A DNA stretch of 64,000 nt, taken from NCBI GenBank assembly GCA_050273025.1, contig CP158635.1, positions 32,984,001-33,048,000 on the forward strand, in the 5' to 3' direction. Position numbers and translations under genes: made by a program. This document shows positions 50,313 to 62,189 of this stretch, in pieces (position 1 is the first letter of the stretch; every line of letters begins with the position of its first letter). Under the pieces are notes generated by a model, which worked only from the letters and a program-made list of their open reading frames with translations, made no database searches and was not told the origin of the DNA. Source of the DNA: Cenococcum geophilum (Eukaryota).

Positions 50313-53178
50313 ATAACAACCACTAATTAAGAGGTATAGTTTATGTTCTTAAGCTAGGAGGGGTTTACGAAGCGACTTATATAAATGTTCGGAGACCTAA
50401 AGGCGATAACTATAGTAGAAAGAAAACTCTAGAATATTATATAATAAACCTTAGTAATAAAGTATACAATATAGTTCCAAACATTAGCTACCTAAGTTAA
50501 GTGGAATAATAAGGCGCTTATAGCACAGTATAAATAGGAACTTAAGGCTAAAGTCTAGGATGTAATTATTCTGATAGAAGATACGGACACCCTAAGGGAT
50601 TTAATAGATTAAGCGATTAAGATTAATAATAGGATCTTCTAAAGGGAACAGGCTAAGAGAGGTTAAGATAGAGTTTTATAGTTATATAAGGCGTAGAGTA
50701 CGTAATAACTAAAGCTAAGTTAAAAACTATGGTATAGCGTAGAGCTAATAGACCTAAGTAGTACTAAAAAAACCTATAAGAGATAAAGTAAGAAACTATA
50801 AAAACCTAGAGGTTAAGGATCTAGTAATTATAGGACTAAGGAGTAGAGGTTAAACTAGGGATTTTAGTAGCAGAAGATGTTTAGGCGGACTCTATAGTAA
50901 AGTTAGTGGTTTAGAAATAGAGCTTATATAAATTATAGGAAATAAAGTTATTTTGCGGAGGATTATAAAGATAGTTAGAGTTACTATATAATAAAGGGAA
51001 CTAGACTAGTAGAAGACATATATATATAGAGGGATAATAGTGTACTATAAGGAATAAAAGAATGTTTAATTAGAAGTTTTGCGTTCTGTTATAATAATAT
51101 ATACTAAGTTTATAAAGACGCTAAGTACGGTGTAAGCTATTAGCTATAAGAGCTAAAATCTATAGAGTGTAGAGGAACTAACAAACTATTGCGCAGATTG
51201 GATATTAAAGACGATAAGTTTAATATAGGCGAAATATTTACAGACGATAAGGTAATAAAGGTAGTTTACTAAAAACGTATAAACCTTAGAGAAGTTATAA
51301 TAGAGGTAGAGACTAAGACCGCTATAGAGTAAGGTTTAGTAACGGGTATTATAACATCGTTAGATACGGTATATATTGCTTTATAAGACGGAAAAAGTAA
51401 TATCCGAAGAGGATTAAGTAAGTAGACGACTACTAGTGCTAGCTTACTACTTAATAAAGGTAAAAGGCTAAAAGATTAAAATTCTTAAGACGAGATAAGG
51501 TATACCTAAGGACCTATAATAGATAAAAACTAATGGAGTAGGGTAGTAGCTTAGTTTAAAGATATATAAATAAGCTTAGGATAAAGGTTTCCCATAGTAT
51601 AAGACTCTTAAGATAAGATAAGTAAGATTTAAGACTCTTAAGATAAGATAAGAACACTATAGACGCCTAGTTAGACTAAGGCGGGAGCCAAGCTTAAGTT
51701 AGAAGCTAGCTTAGGATTAAGAATCTTATAGAACTAAGATTTTGACATATAAATAAGGACCACCAATAAGATTAAAAAGTAGAAAGACTTTAAGGATCTA
51801 CTTATAAGATAAGAAAAGAAAGAAACTATAGAGGAATTTAGAGTAAGAATTACCTTATAGCAAGAGCAGAAACTAGATAAGAAATTTAGTATACTAGGTT
51901 ATATAAGGGACAGAGCACCTATATAAAGAATTACTAATAGGCCTAAAGTAGGCATACTAAGAGCTAAGTGGCTTACTAAACTGGAATAAGAAGAGGATCT
52001 AGGGATTCTAACTAGGTTTAAGGAACGATATATAAAAGGTTGTTACGATATAGTAATAAAAAGATACTTTCTTACGGATGAACCGTATATACTTAAAGGA
52101 TTATACTAAAAGTGGTATAGATAACAACATAATGACGAGTAGGAAGATTTCTATATATAGTTAGATAAAAAAGTTATCTAAAACCACCTAATTATAGAAA
52201 AGGCTATAACTTTCATTAAAGGAGCCTTAATTATAATATTAAAGGATTTAAAGAAGTAATTAGAGGACTAGAGAAGCGAAAAATGAATTTTAGTACCTGC
52301 GAATAAAGCCGTAACGCTTAGATTAATAAGAGAAAGGTTTAAACTTAAGGATAAAGATAAGCTAAGAGTTAACCTAAAATACTAAGTATATTATATACTA
52401 TTATAGATAGTATATATAGATGATGCGTATAATATATATAGAGTACCTAAGGATAAGAATTAAAAGTATCTAATAAAAATATATTAGATGACGGATAAGG
52501 TAAAGTATTAAAACGCTAAGTATATATATAGTTAGCACCCTATAGAAGTGCAAGAATAAAGGGACTTAATACTTTAGCTAGGAAAATTCCTTATAGAAGA
52601 ATGCCTAGATAGACAATAGTGGTAGGAATATTTAGAGAACACCTATATAACGGAACCTTGTAGCAAAAACTACAATAGGTTTGTTAATAGGCTAGGTGTG
52701 TAGGAAATGCAAGTATAAAAGTTAACAATGTAATAATAACTGGTGGAGTAGTTGCCTAATAGATTAACTCTAATTATATTCTAAGAATTACTATAAGAAA
52801 GGAACTATCTAGGTAGGGACTAAGGGTCCTTAAATATATAACTATACTTTTATAAAATCCTTTTTATATATAATATACGTCTTATACGCAAGATACGTAA
52901 GTTCCTTTTATTCCTCTTATTTAATATATAGTACATTATATAACCTTAGTTACCATTTCTTATTATATAGTTTTATCGGGTCCATCCTAGACTGTGCCTA
53001 AATTAACTAACTAGCTTCTTTTGTTTCTTCTCTAAGTAGTTATAACATCGTACTTAAAGCGTTTGTAACACTATCTCCCTCCTCTTTATCTTTATCCTTA
53101 AAGATTTAAAATATTTCTAAGTTATTTACTAAAGGTATAATATCCGTCTAATTAATTTAGTTAATATTATTGCTTATT

Positions 53179-53760
53179 ATACCTAAAGCAATTTCTTCTT
53201 TATACGCCCAACGTCGTGCTCGCACTATTACTACAATATTATCTCTTAGTAAGATTATACCGTCTCCGTGTTCTTATTATTTGAAAGAGGGGTTAGTTTA
53301 TATTATATTGGCGAACCTATTTTCGTAACAACCGTCCTCTTGCTTAGAGTGTACTAAAGTAAATATTTATTCGTCCTGTAATGTTTGCTTTACTTTTAAT
53401 ACTAAATATACGCGACCTATTACTCTTAATAGTTGTCTGGTTTCCTAATTAATTTATCTTAGGGTTTTATATTTAATCTACTACTGCGCGGCTAGATAGT
53501 AAACTATTATAAGCCCTTATTAAGTTGGAACGTTCCTATAACGCGGAATAGAAAGCCCTAAATACTTAAATTGCGGCGTCTACTTATTTACTTTATCTTA
53601 AGAAGGTTTATAAGAAGGTTTATTTTAAGGAATAGAAATTTATAAAATAAGGTCTGTAGGAACTAGGTAATAAAAAAACGGATTCTCTTTTAATAGAGAA
53701 GGAAATAGATCTAAGTAGTTCGGCAACTACTCTTCTTAGGTCCCCCTTAAGTAACTTATT
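53179..53760 (+). pseudogene. Antisense extra ORF in the 3' region of element B: Zn(II)2Cys6-like cluster + coiled coil
   Basis: Raw PSPCSYYLKEGLVYIILANLFS*QPSSCLECTKVNIYSSCNV. Two TAT>TGT reversions give C-x2-C-x6-C-x13-C-x2-C-x8-C. After a probable intron comes a helical LERS..AE.KAL...IAAS..LL.L.KV segment. Confidence 0.6.
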
Positions 53761-53763
53761 TTT

Positions 53764-56700
53764 TAGTAATTCTTTTTTATTAATATTACCTAACCTAATC
53801 TCTTTTGATACTCCTATACCTTTTCTATAGCATTTTTTAAATTCTCTAATAGCTTCTAGGTAGTCTTAGTATAGCCTATTTACTTAACCTTATACTATAT
53901 TTTGTTATTAATGTCCTTATAATTAATGATTTTTAATACTTACTATTTATCTTCTTCTTATTCTCTATATGTATCTGCTTTATAAACCGGTGGCTTAATA
54001 TTCCTATATACTAGCTCTAGTATTATAATATACTATATAGGGTAGATCTTTATTCTGGCTAATAGGTTTAACTTAAATATAACTAGTAAAATCCTTTATA
54101 TAATTTTAAAAGGTCCTAGTTTAATATAGTCTAACTTCTTACTTAATTATTAACTCTTAAAATTTTTATATAGTAGCTATACTTTATCTCCCTCCTTAAG
54201 ATCTAGTCCCTTAGATCTCTTAGCATTATAGTACTTTTTTATTCTCTCTTATACTTTCTTTACTAATTCTATAAGGTCTATATAAAGATTTATTAAATCC
54301 TTTATTCTTTCTTTAGCTATACTACTTATTTTCTTCGCTTATTATAATAATAATGATATTCTTAACTTATATCCGTAATTTGCCTTAAATAGTAATATAC
54401 CTATTCCTTCTTAAGGTGTTATATTATATATAAACTGTATAACTAGTAATAGCAATACCTAATTATTCTATGCATAATTAATATAATGCCTTAGATATTG
54501 CTCTAGTGTTTAATTTAATCTTTCCATTTAACCGTCTATCTGTAAATAATATATAGTAGAAGTTACTACTTAAACTCCTTATTTTACTAAGAATACTTTC
54601 TAGAATACTGCTATAAATCTTAAATCTCTATCCGATATAATCTTGCTTAATGCTCTATATCTTATAAATACTTCTTTTATATAGATTCTAGCGACATCTT
54701 CTACTAAGATTTCTTCTAAATATGCTATAAAGTATCCCCACTTTATAAGCTTATTTACTATTATTAAGATTATATTATAATCTTATTTAGTAATAGGATC
54801 CTTTAATTTTAGCAACTTAATAATAAAGTCCTATAATATAACCTCCTATAGTCTTTTTAGTATTTTAATAGGTTATAGCTCTCTATATAGCTTATACCTT
54901 ATTAGTTTATTTCTTTAGTAATTTAGATACTCCTTTATAACCTTTCTAGCTATTCTCTAGATTTTATTAATAATATACTCCTCCTAAAGTCTTAACACTA
55001 AGCTTGTAGCTCTATTATGTCCTTAGGTTAGTCCCTTATAGAAGTCCTCTATAAACTATTCTACTATACTTCTTAGAATATACTTTACTTCTTAATTTTT
55101 GTATATATCCGTTTATAGATCTTCTAGCTATATTTCTAGAATTCTTTATACCTAAAAGCTTTCTGGTATCTCGTAGACTTTCTCTAGTTTATTATCTTTT
55201 TAAGTTGCTATAATTTTTAGATAATTGTACCTAATTAATCTGTCTATATCTTTTTGCAATAAAGCCCCTAATGGCTTTTCCTCATTTTATAGTTTAGCTT
55301 TACGGCTTAGAGCGTCTGCCCGCGTATTATCTATACCTTTAGTATACTAAATCTTAAAATAGTATTCTGTAAGCATCTCTGCCTATCTAACCTATCTTTA
55401 GTTAAGTTCCTTTATTATTAGGAATCCTATTAGGTTCTTATAATCCGTCTTAACTATAAATAGTTTCTCTATACCTTATAAAAATGCTTTTTATTCCTTT
55501 AATGCTGTAACTATACCTAATAACTCCTTATTATAGATATTATAGTTTAACTCTAGTAGTGTTATCTTCCAACTATAGTATACCACTAGGTACTATCTAT
55601 CTTAATGCCTTTATATAAAGCACGCCCTTAGTATATAGTTTAATATATTTATCTTTATAACTATCTCTAGTCCTAGTTAATAGATCTTAAGAATTGGCTC
55701 CTAGGTAAACAACTCTTTAACTTTTTTAAAGAGTTCCCTTTACTCTTCCCCCTATGCCTATAGTTCTTCTTTCTTTATTAACCGTATAAATAGTTTAATA
55801 TCCTTTAACCACTGCGCTATAAACCTTCTATAGTAATTGCAAAACCCTAGGAACAATCTTAACTATATAACGTTCTCTAGTTCCTACTAATTTACTATAG
55901 CCTTAATCTTCTTTAAATCTATACTAAGTTAGCCTAATTTAATAATAAATCTAATGAAATTAGTCTTCCTAGTAAAGAACTCGTATTTTTTAATTACTAC
56001 TAGTATCTATTCTTCTTATAGTCTCTTTAAGACCTATTTAACATATTCCCCATGTTCTTCCTTAGTTATTAAGTAGATAATAATATTGTTAAGATATACT
56101 ATAACAAATTTATTTAAGTATTCTCCTAATATATTGTTAATACGCTTCTAGAATATTACTAGTGCGTTTATAAGCCTAAATTATATAACTAATAGTTTGT
56201 ATAGTCCTTCCTTTAACCTAAAGGCTGCTTTCTATTTATTACCTTCCTTAATCCTAATCTAATAGTACGCCTATCTTAGATCTATCTTTATAAAGATTTA
56301 CGTACTGTCTATCCTATTTTAGATTTTGCTAATTAAGGGTAAAGGATACTTATCCTTTCTAGTAATGCTATTTAACTATCTGTAGTTAATACATAGCCTT
56401 AGTTTGCCATTCTTCTTTAATATAAATAGTACTAGATAACCCGCTAATAACTGCGATGGTTTAATATATCCTTTTTATAGATTTTCTTAGATAAACTCTT
56501 TTAACGCTCTACCTTCTTCTTTAGTAAGTTTATAGATTAGAAAGAACCTTAGACTTATTTCTAGTTCTAACTCTATCTTATAGTCCTATGCTGTATATTT
56601 TAATAGCTTTTTACTTTCTAGTAACTATAGTTTTTTGCTATACTTATAGTATCTTTTTAGTATATAACTTAGTCCTTTTTCTATTTCTTTATAGGTTGCC

Positions 56701-59700
56701 CCTACTTAATACTATACTAACTTAGCTTATTGTTATATTTTATGGCATTAAGTATCTCTAATATCGACCTAACCTATAATCTAGTTAATCCTTAGATTAT
56801 ATTCCTATAACTAAGGTATATTTAATACTGCCTCGTCCCGTCCTAATGGTAGGATATTAAAAGATATCTCAATTTATCCTCCTTTAATAATTATTTAAAT
56901 AGGTCCTATTTTAAGATTAATAATCCCTCCTCTATAGGTTATTAAATCTCCTAAAATTGTAACTAATAGGTAAGATTGCTCCTTTTATCTATAAGGTAGT
57001 CCTATTCTCTTAACTGCTGCTAGTAAGATATAGTTTCGCGTTACTCTACTATCTATTAGCGCTTTAAACTACTAATCTTACCACTTAATTTATAAATTTA
57101 GGTGTTGTCCTTAAATTCCTTTAAGGGTCTAAGGCTTTATTACTAGCTCCCTCTAGTCCTATAGGCCTCTACTTTTCCTAACTATTAGCTACTTAATCCT
57201 AGTGTACTTAGCTCGCTCTTTAGCTAATACCTAGTTTGCTTTTTATCTTTAATATACTATAAATACGTGTTTTCTAGGCATTCCTACTACTATTATCCGT
57301 CTAAGCATTTTTCTATAAGGAATCTTCCTAGTTAAAGTACTAAACTTCCTTCCTCTTAGACCTCTGCTGGATGCCATCTATATATATATTTAGCATTTCT
57401 ATATTATTGCTTATCTGTTATCTAGTATATCCTTATAGGGTATTTCCGATTTTTTTCCTTTAGATTCTTATGCATTTTATATATATCGTCCATATATGTA
57501 ATCTATAATAACGTATAGTATACTAAGTACTTTAGGTTAACTCTTAGCTCGTCTTTGTCCCTAAGTTTAAACCTTTATTATACTAATCTAAACGTTATAG
57601 CTTTATTTATAGGTACTAAAATACGTCTCTCGCTTCTCTAATCCTCTAATTGTTCCTCTAGATCCTTTAATATTATAATTAAGGCTCCTTTAATATACGT
57701 TATAGCCTTCTCTATAATTAGGTAGTTTTAGATAACTTTTTTATCTAACCATATATAGAAATCTTCCTACTTATTATTGTGCCTTTGCCTATACTACTTT
57801 TGGTATAGCTACTAAAGTATATACGGTCTATCTGTAAGGAAGTATCTTCTTATTACTATATCGTAATAGCCCTTTATATATTATTCCTTAAACCTAGTTA
57901 GAATCCCTAAATCCTCTTTATCTTCTAGTTTAGTAAGCTACTTAGCTCTTAATATACCTACTTTTAGCCTATTAGTAATTCTTTATACTAGTGCTCTATC
58001 CTTTATATATCCCAATATGCTAAATCTCTTATCTAGTTTCTGTTCTTGCTATACGATAATTCTTTTCCTAAACTCTTCTATAGTTTTTTTTAGTTTGCGC
58101 CTTACGCTCTAATTCTTAAAGTCGTTTTACTTCTTAATCCTAGTATTAAACTTTTAATCTTTAGGCCGAACACTGCGTTTCCTTAATAAGTCTTCTAGGT
58201 TTATATATCTGTCTCCTAATCTAACTACTGTTTATATTACAGATTCTTTAATCTATAAAGAAGCTCCTTACCTCTTATCTATAGGTGTCCTAATTTATAC
58301 TTTAAATTCTTAACCCTTTAGGTTCTTTAATCCTGAGCTTGCTTCTAACTTAAGCTTAGCTCCAACCTTAGTTTAACTAGGCTTACTTAGTGTTCTCATC
58401 TTATCTTAAAAGTCTTAAATCTCACTTATCTTGTCTTAAGAATCTTATGCCTATAAGAACTTCTGTCCTAAGCTTATTCGTATATTTCTAAACTAAGCCA
58501 CTGCCCTACTCTATTGGTTTTCGTCCATTATAGGTCCTTAGGTATACCTTATCTCGTCTTAAGAATCTTAGTTATCTCTCATCTCTTCTTAAAAATCTTA
58601 AGTCTTTAGCCTTTTGCCTTTATCGAGTGCTAAAGTAGTTCGCTGTCTTACTTCTCTTATATCTTATAAAGCGATAGACATTATATCTAGTAGGGTTTTA
58701 ATCCCTACTAATATTCCCTATTCTATAGTGGAATTATCCTCTACCTCTAGTATAACATCTCTAAGGTTTACTTACTCCTAGTAAGCGGCCCTTATTACCT
58801 TATCGTTATGGAATATTTCGCCTATATTAAATTCATCGTCCTTAATATCCAATCTGCGAACTGGTTTGTTAGTTCCTCTGTATCCTATAGGTACTAGCTC
58901 TTATAGCCAATAGCTTGCGCCGTACTTAGCGTCCTTATAAATTTGGTATACGTTATTATAACAAAACGCAAAACTTTTAATTAAATATTCTTTTGTTCCT
59001 TGTAGCATATTATTATCCCTCTATATATGTATATTATCTACTAGTCTTATACCCTTTACTGCGTAGTAACTCTACCCACTTTTATAGTCTCTAACGTAAT
59101 AACCCTATTTTCCGCAATTTATATAAGCTCCTTCTTTAAACCATTTCTCTTACTATAGAGTCCGCCTAAATGTCTTCTACTATTAAGATCCCTAATTTGG
59201 CCTTTGCTTCTTAGACCTTTAATTACTTAATTCTTATCCTCTAGGTTTTTATAGTTTACTCTATCTTTTATAGGCTTCTTTAATACTACTTAGGTCTATT
59301 AGCTCTACGCCATACCATATTTTCTAACTTAGCTTTTATTGTTGCGTATTCTACGCCTTATATAACTATAGAACTCTATTCTAGCCTCTCTTAGCCTATT
59401 CCCTTTAGAAGATCCTATTATTAATCTTAATCGCTTAATCTATTAATTCCCTTAGGGTGTCCGCATCTTCTATTAGAATAATTATGTCCTAGACTTTAGC
59501 CTTAAGTCCCTGTTTATACTGTGCCATAAGCGCCCTATTATTCTACTCTACTTATATTGCTAGTATCTAGAACTATATTATATACTTAATTGCTAAAGTT
59601 CGTTGCATAAGGTTCTAGAGTTTTTTTTCTACTATAGTTATTTCTTCCAGGTCTCTAAATATCTGCGTAAGTTATTCTATAAATCCTTCTTAGCTTAAGA

Positions 59701-60127
59701 ACATAAATCGCACGTCTTAGTTAGTGGTTATCATTCCATTTGCCTATATCTCTATAAGGTAAAGTTTAAACCACTTAAGTGCTTTTCCTAATAAGAATAG
59801 TCCTGTATAGGCTATCCGATCCACAGGTATAGGTAACTTTACTCCCTCCTATAAGACCTTAAAGTATATCTACGTAAGGAATCCTTTAAGCTTTAACCTC
59901 TCTTCTATAAATCTCTTAATTAATAGTAGCTTAATCTTTACTACTCCTATCCCATTAAGTCTTTCTTCTAACACTATATTGTTAGCTATTAGCTAGTTAA
60001 CTATTTCCTATAGCTGTCCAACCGTCACAGGTTGCTGTAAGTTAGTATCTACTATACTAGTATTACCTCCTGTCCCTAAAGTAGTTGCTGCCATTAATAG
60101 CATCGTGGTGGCTGCTTTTAGTGGTAT
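53764..60127 (-). pseudogene. gag-pol of element B (gag, CCHC, protease, RT, RNase H, integrase, chromodomain), RIP-inactivated
   Basis: Same motifs as A. C-terminal chromodomain EEDK**VLKIINYKDINNKI*YKVK*IGYTKTT*KLLENLKNA at ~53960-53830. Confidence 0.9.
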
Positions 60128-61765
60128 ATTGTTTAACTTCTTATATTAATACTATAACTGGGTAGTGATTGTATAACGGAACCTTATAGTAAGAACTACG
60201 ATGGGTTCGTTAATAGGCTAGGTGTATAGGAAATGCAAGTATAAAAGTTAACAACGTAATAATAACTAGTAGAGTAGTTGCCTAATAGATTAACTCTAAT
60301 TATATTCTAAGAATTACTATAAGGAAGGAACTATCTAGGTAGGGACTAAGGGTCCTTAAATATATAACCGTACTTCTATAAAATCCTTCTTATACGTAAT
60401 ATACGTCTTATACGCGAGGTACGTAAGTTCCTCTCGTTCCTCTCGTTTAATACGTAGCATATTATATAACCTTGGTTACCATTCCTCGTCACATAGTTCT
60501 ATCGGCTCCATCCTAAACCGTACCTAAATTAACCAACTAGCTTCTTCCGTCTCTTCTCTAAGTAGTTGTAACATTGTACTTAAAGCGTCCGTAACAACCT
60601 ATCTATGGTATATTAAAGATAAAAAGCGAATTAAGTATTGGCCTAAGTTAGACTAAGTATAAATATAATCTAGCAGCTAATAATTAGGAAAAGTAGAGGC
60701 CTATAAAACTAGAGGGAACTAGTAGTAGAGCCTTAGACCCTTAAAGGAATTTAAAGACAACACCTAAATTTATAAATAAAGTGGTAAGATTAGCGGTTTA
60801 AGGTATTAATAGATAGTAGAGTAATAAGGAAACATATCTCGCTAGCAGCAATTAAAAGAATAGGGTTACTACACAGGAAAAAGGAGCACTCTTACCTATT
60901 AGTAACAATTTTAGGAGATCTAATAGCCTATAGAGGAGGTATTATTAATCTTAAAATAGGACCTATTTAGTTAACCATTAAAGGGAGATAAATTAAGATG
61001 TCTTTTAATATATTACTATTAGGGAATAATAAGGCAGTACTAGGAATGCCTTAGGTATAGGAATACAATCTAAAGATCGATTAGGTTATAGGTTAGGTTA
61101 ATATTAAAGATACTTAATAACGTAAGACGTAATAATAAGCTAAGTTGGTATAGTACTAAGCCGAAGCGATATATAAAGAAACTAAAAAAGGGTTAGATTA
61201 TATACTAAAGCAATACTATAAGTATAGTAGGAAACTATAGTTACTAGAAAGTAAAAAGCTATTAGAGTACGCAGCATAGGACTATAAGATAAAATTAGAA
61301 CTAGGAAAGAGTCTAAGGTTTTTTCCAATCTATAAGCTTATTAAAAAAGAAGGTAGAGCATTAAAAGAGTTTATCTAAAAGAACTTATAAAAGGGATACA
61401 TTAGACCATCGCAGTTATTAGCGGGTTATTTAGTACTATTTATACCAAAAAAGAATAGTAAACTAAGGCTGTATATTAACTATTAATAGTTAAACAGCAT
61501 CACTAGAAAGGATAGGTATTCTTTACTCTTAATTAGCGAAATCTAAGACAGGATAGGTAATGCGTAAATCTTTACGAAGATAGATCTAAGATAGGCGTAC
61601 TATTAGATTAGGATTAAGGAAGGTAATAAATAAAAGGCAGCCTTTAGGTTAAAGGAAGGACTATATAAACTATTAGTTATATAATTCGGGCTTATAAACG
61701 CGCTAGCAATGTTCTAGAAGCAAATTAATAATATATTAGGAGAATACTTAGATGAATTTGTTATA

Positions 61766-62189
61766 ACGTATTCCACCAGCAAGCGGATCAAACCACCGAG
61801 CGGATTACCTCAAAACTTACCAAAAATTAGAAAATTAGTACTTTAATATCTTAACAACCACTTAATAATAAATTTTAATAATTTGGATTTTAGCTTTTAT
61901 ATATACTCTATAGCTCCTATTAAAGTTATATAGTAAATAATTGAGTAGTTTTTAAGATAGTAAAATTTAGTTGTTAAATTAATGCTAAATTACTATATCC
62001 TAAAAACTACTCAATTATTTACTATATAACTTTAATAGGAGCTATAGAGTATATATAAAAGCCAAAATCCAAATTATTAAAATTTATTATTAAGTGGTTG
62101 TTAAGATATTAAAGTACAAATTTTCTAATTTTTGGTAAGTTTTGAGGTGATCCGCTCGGTGGTTTAATCCGCTCGCTGGTGGAATACGT
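61766..62189. mobile_element. 424-bp foldback MITE (Tc1/mariner-Fot1/pogo type ends) inserted in the RT of A
   Basis: Ends ACGTATTCCACCAGC...GCTGGTGGAATACGT, TA TSD at 61764-61765 and 62190-62191, ~200-bp inverted arms with a ~25-bp loop. Removing it restores FVIAYL[ND]DII. Confidence 0.93.

Larger units (their letters stand above)
52646..60596 (-). mobile_element. Full-length (7951 bp) Ty3/gypsy chromovirus 'B', same family as A, inserted antisense into A
   Basis: 425-bp LTRs 52646-53070 and 60172-60596. TSD ACCTA at 52641-52645 and 60597-60601. PPT (GAGGAGGGAGATAG on the minus strand) adjoins 53070. Internal sequence is the reverse complement of A. Confidence 0.95.
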
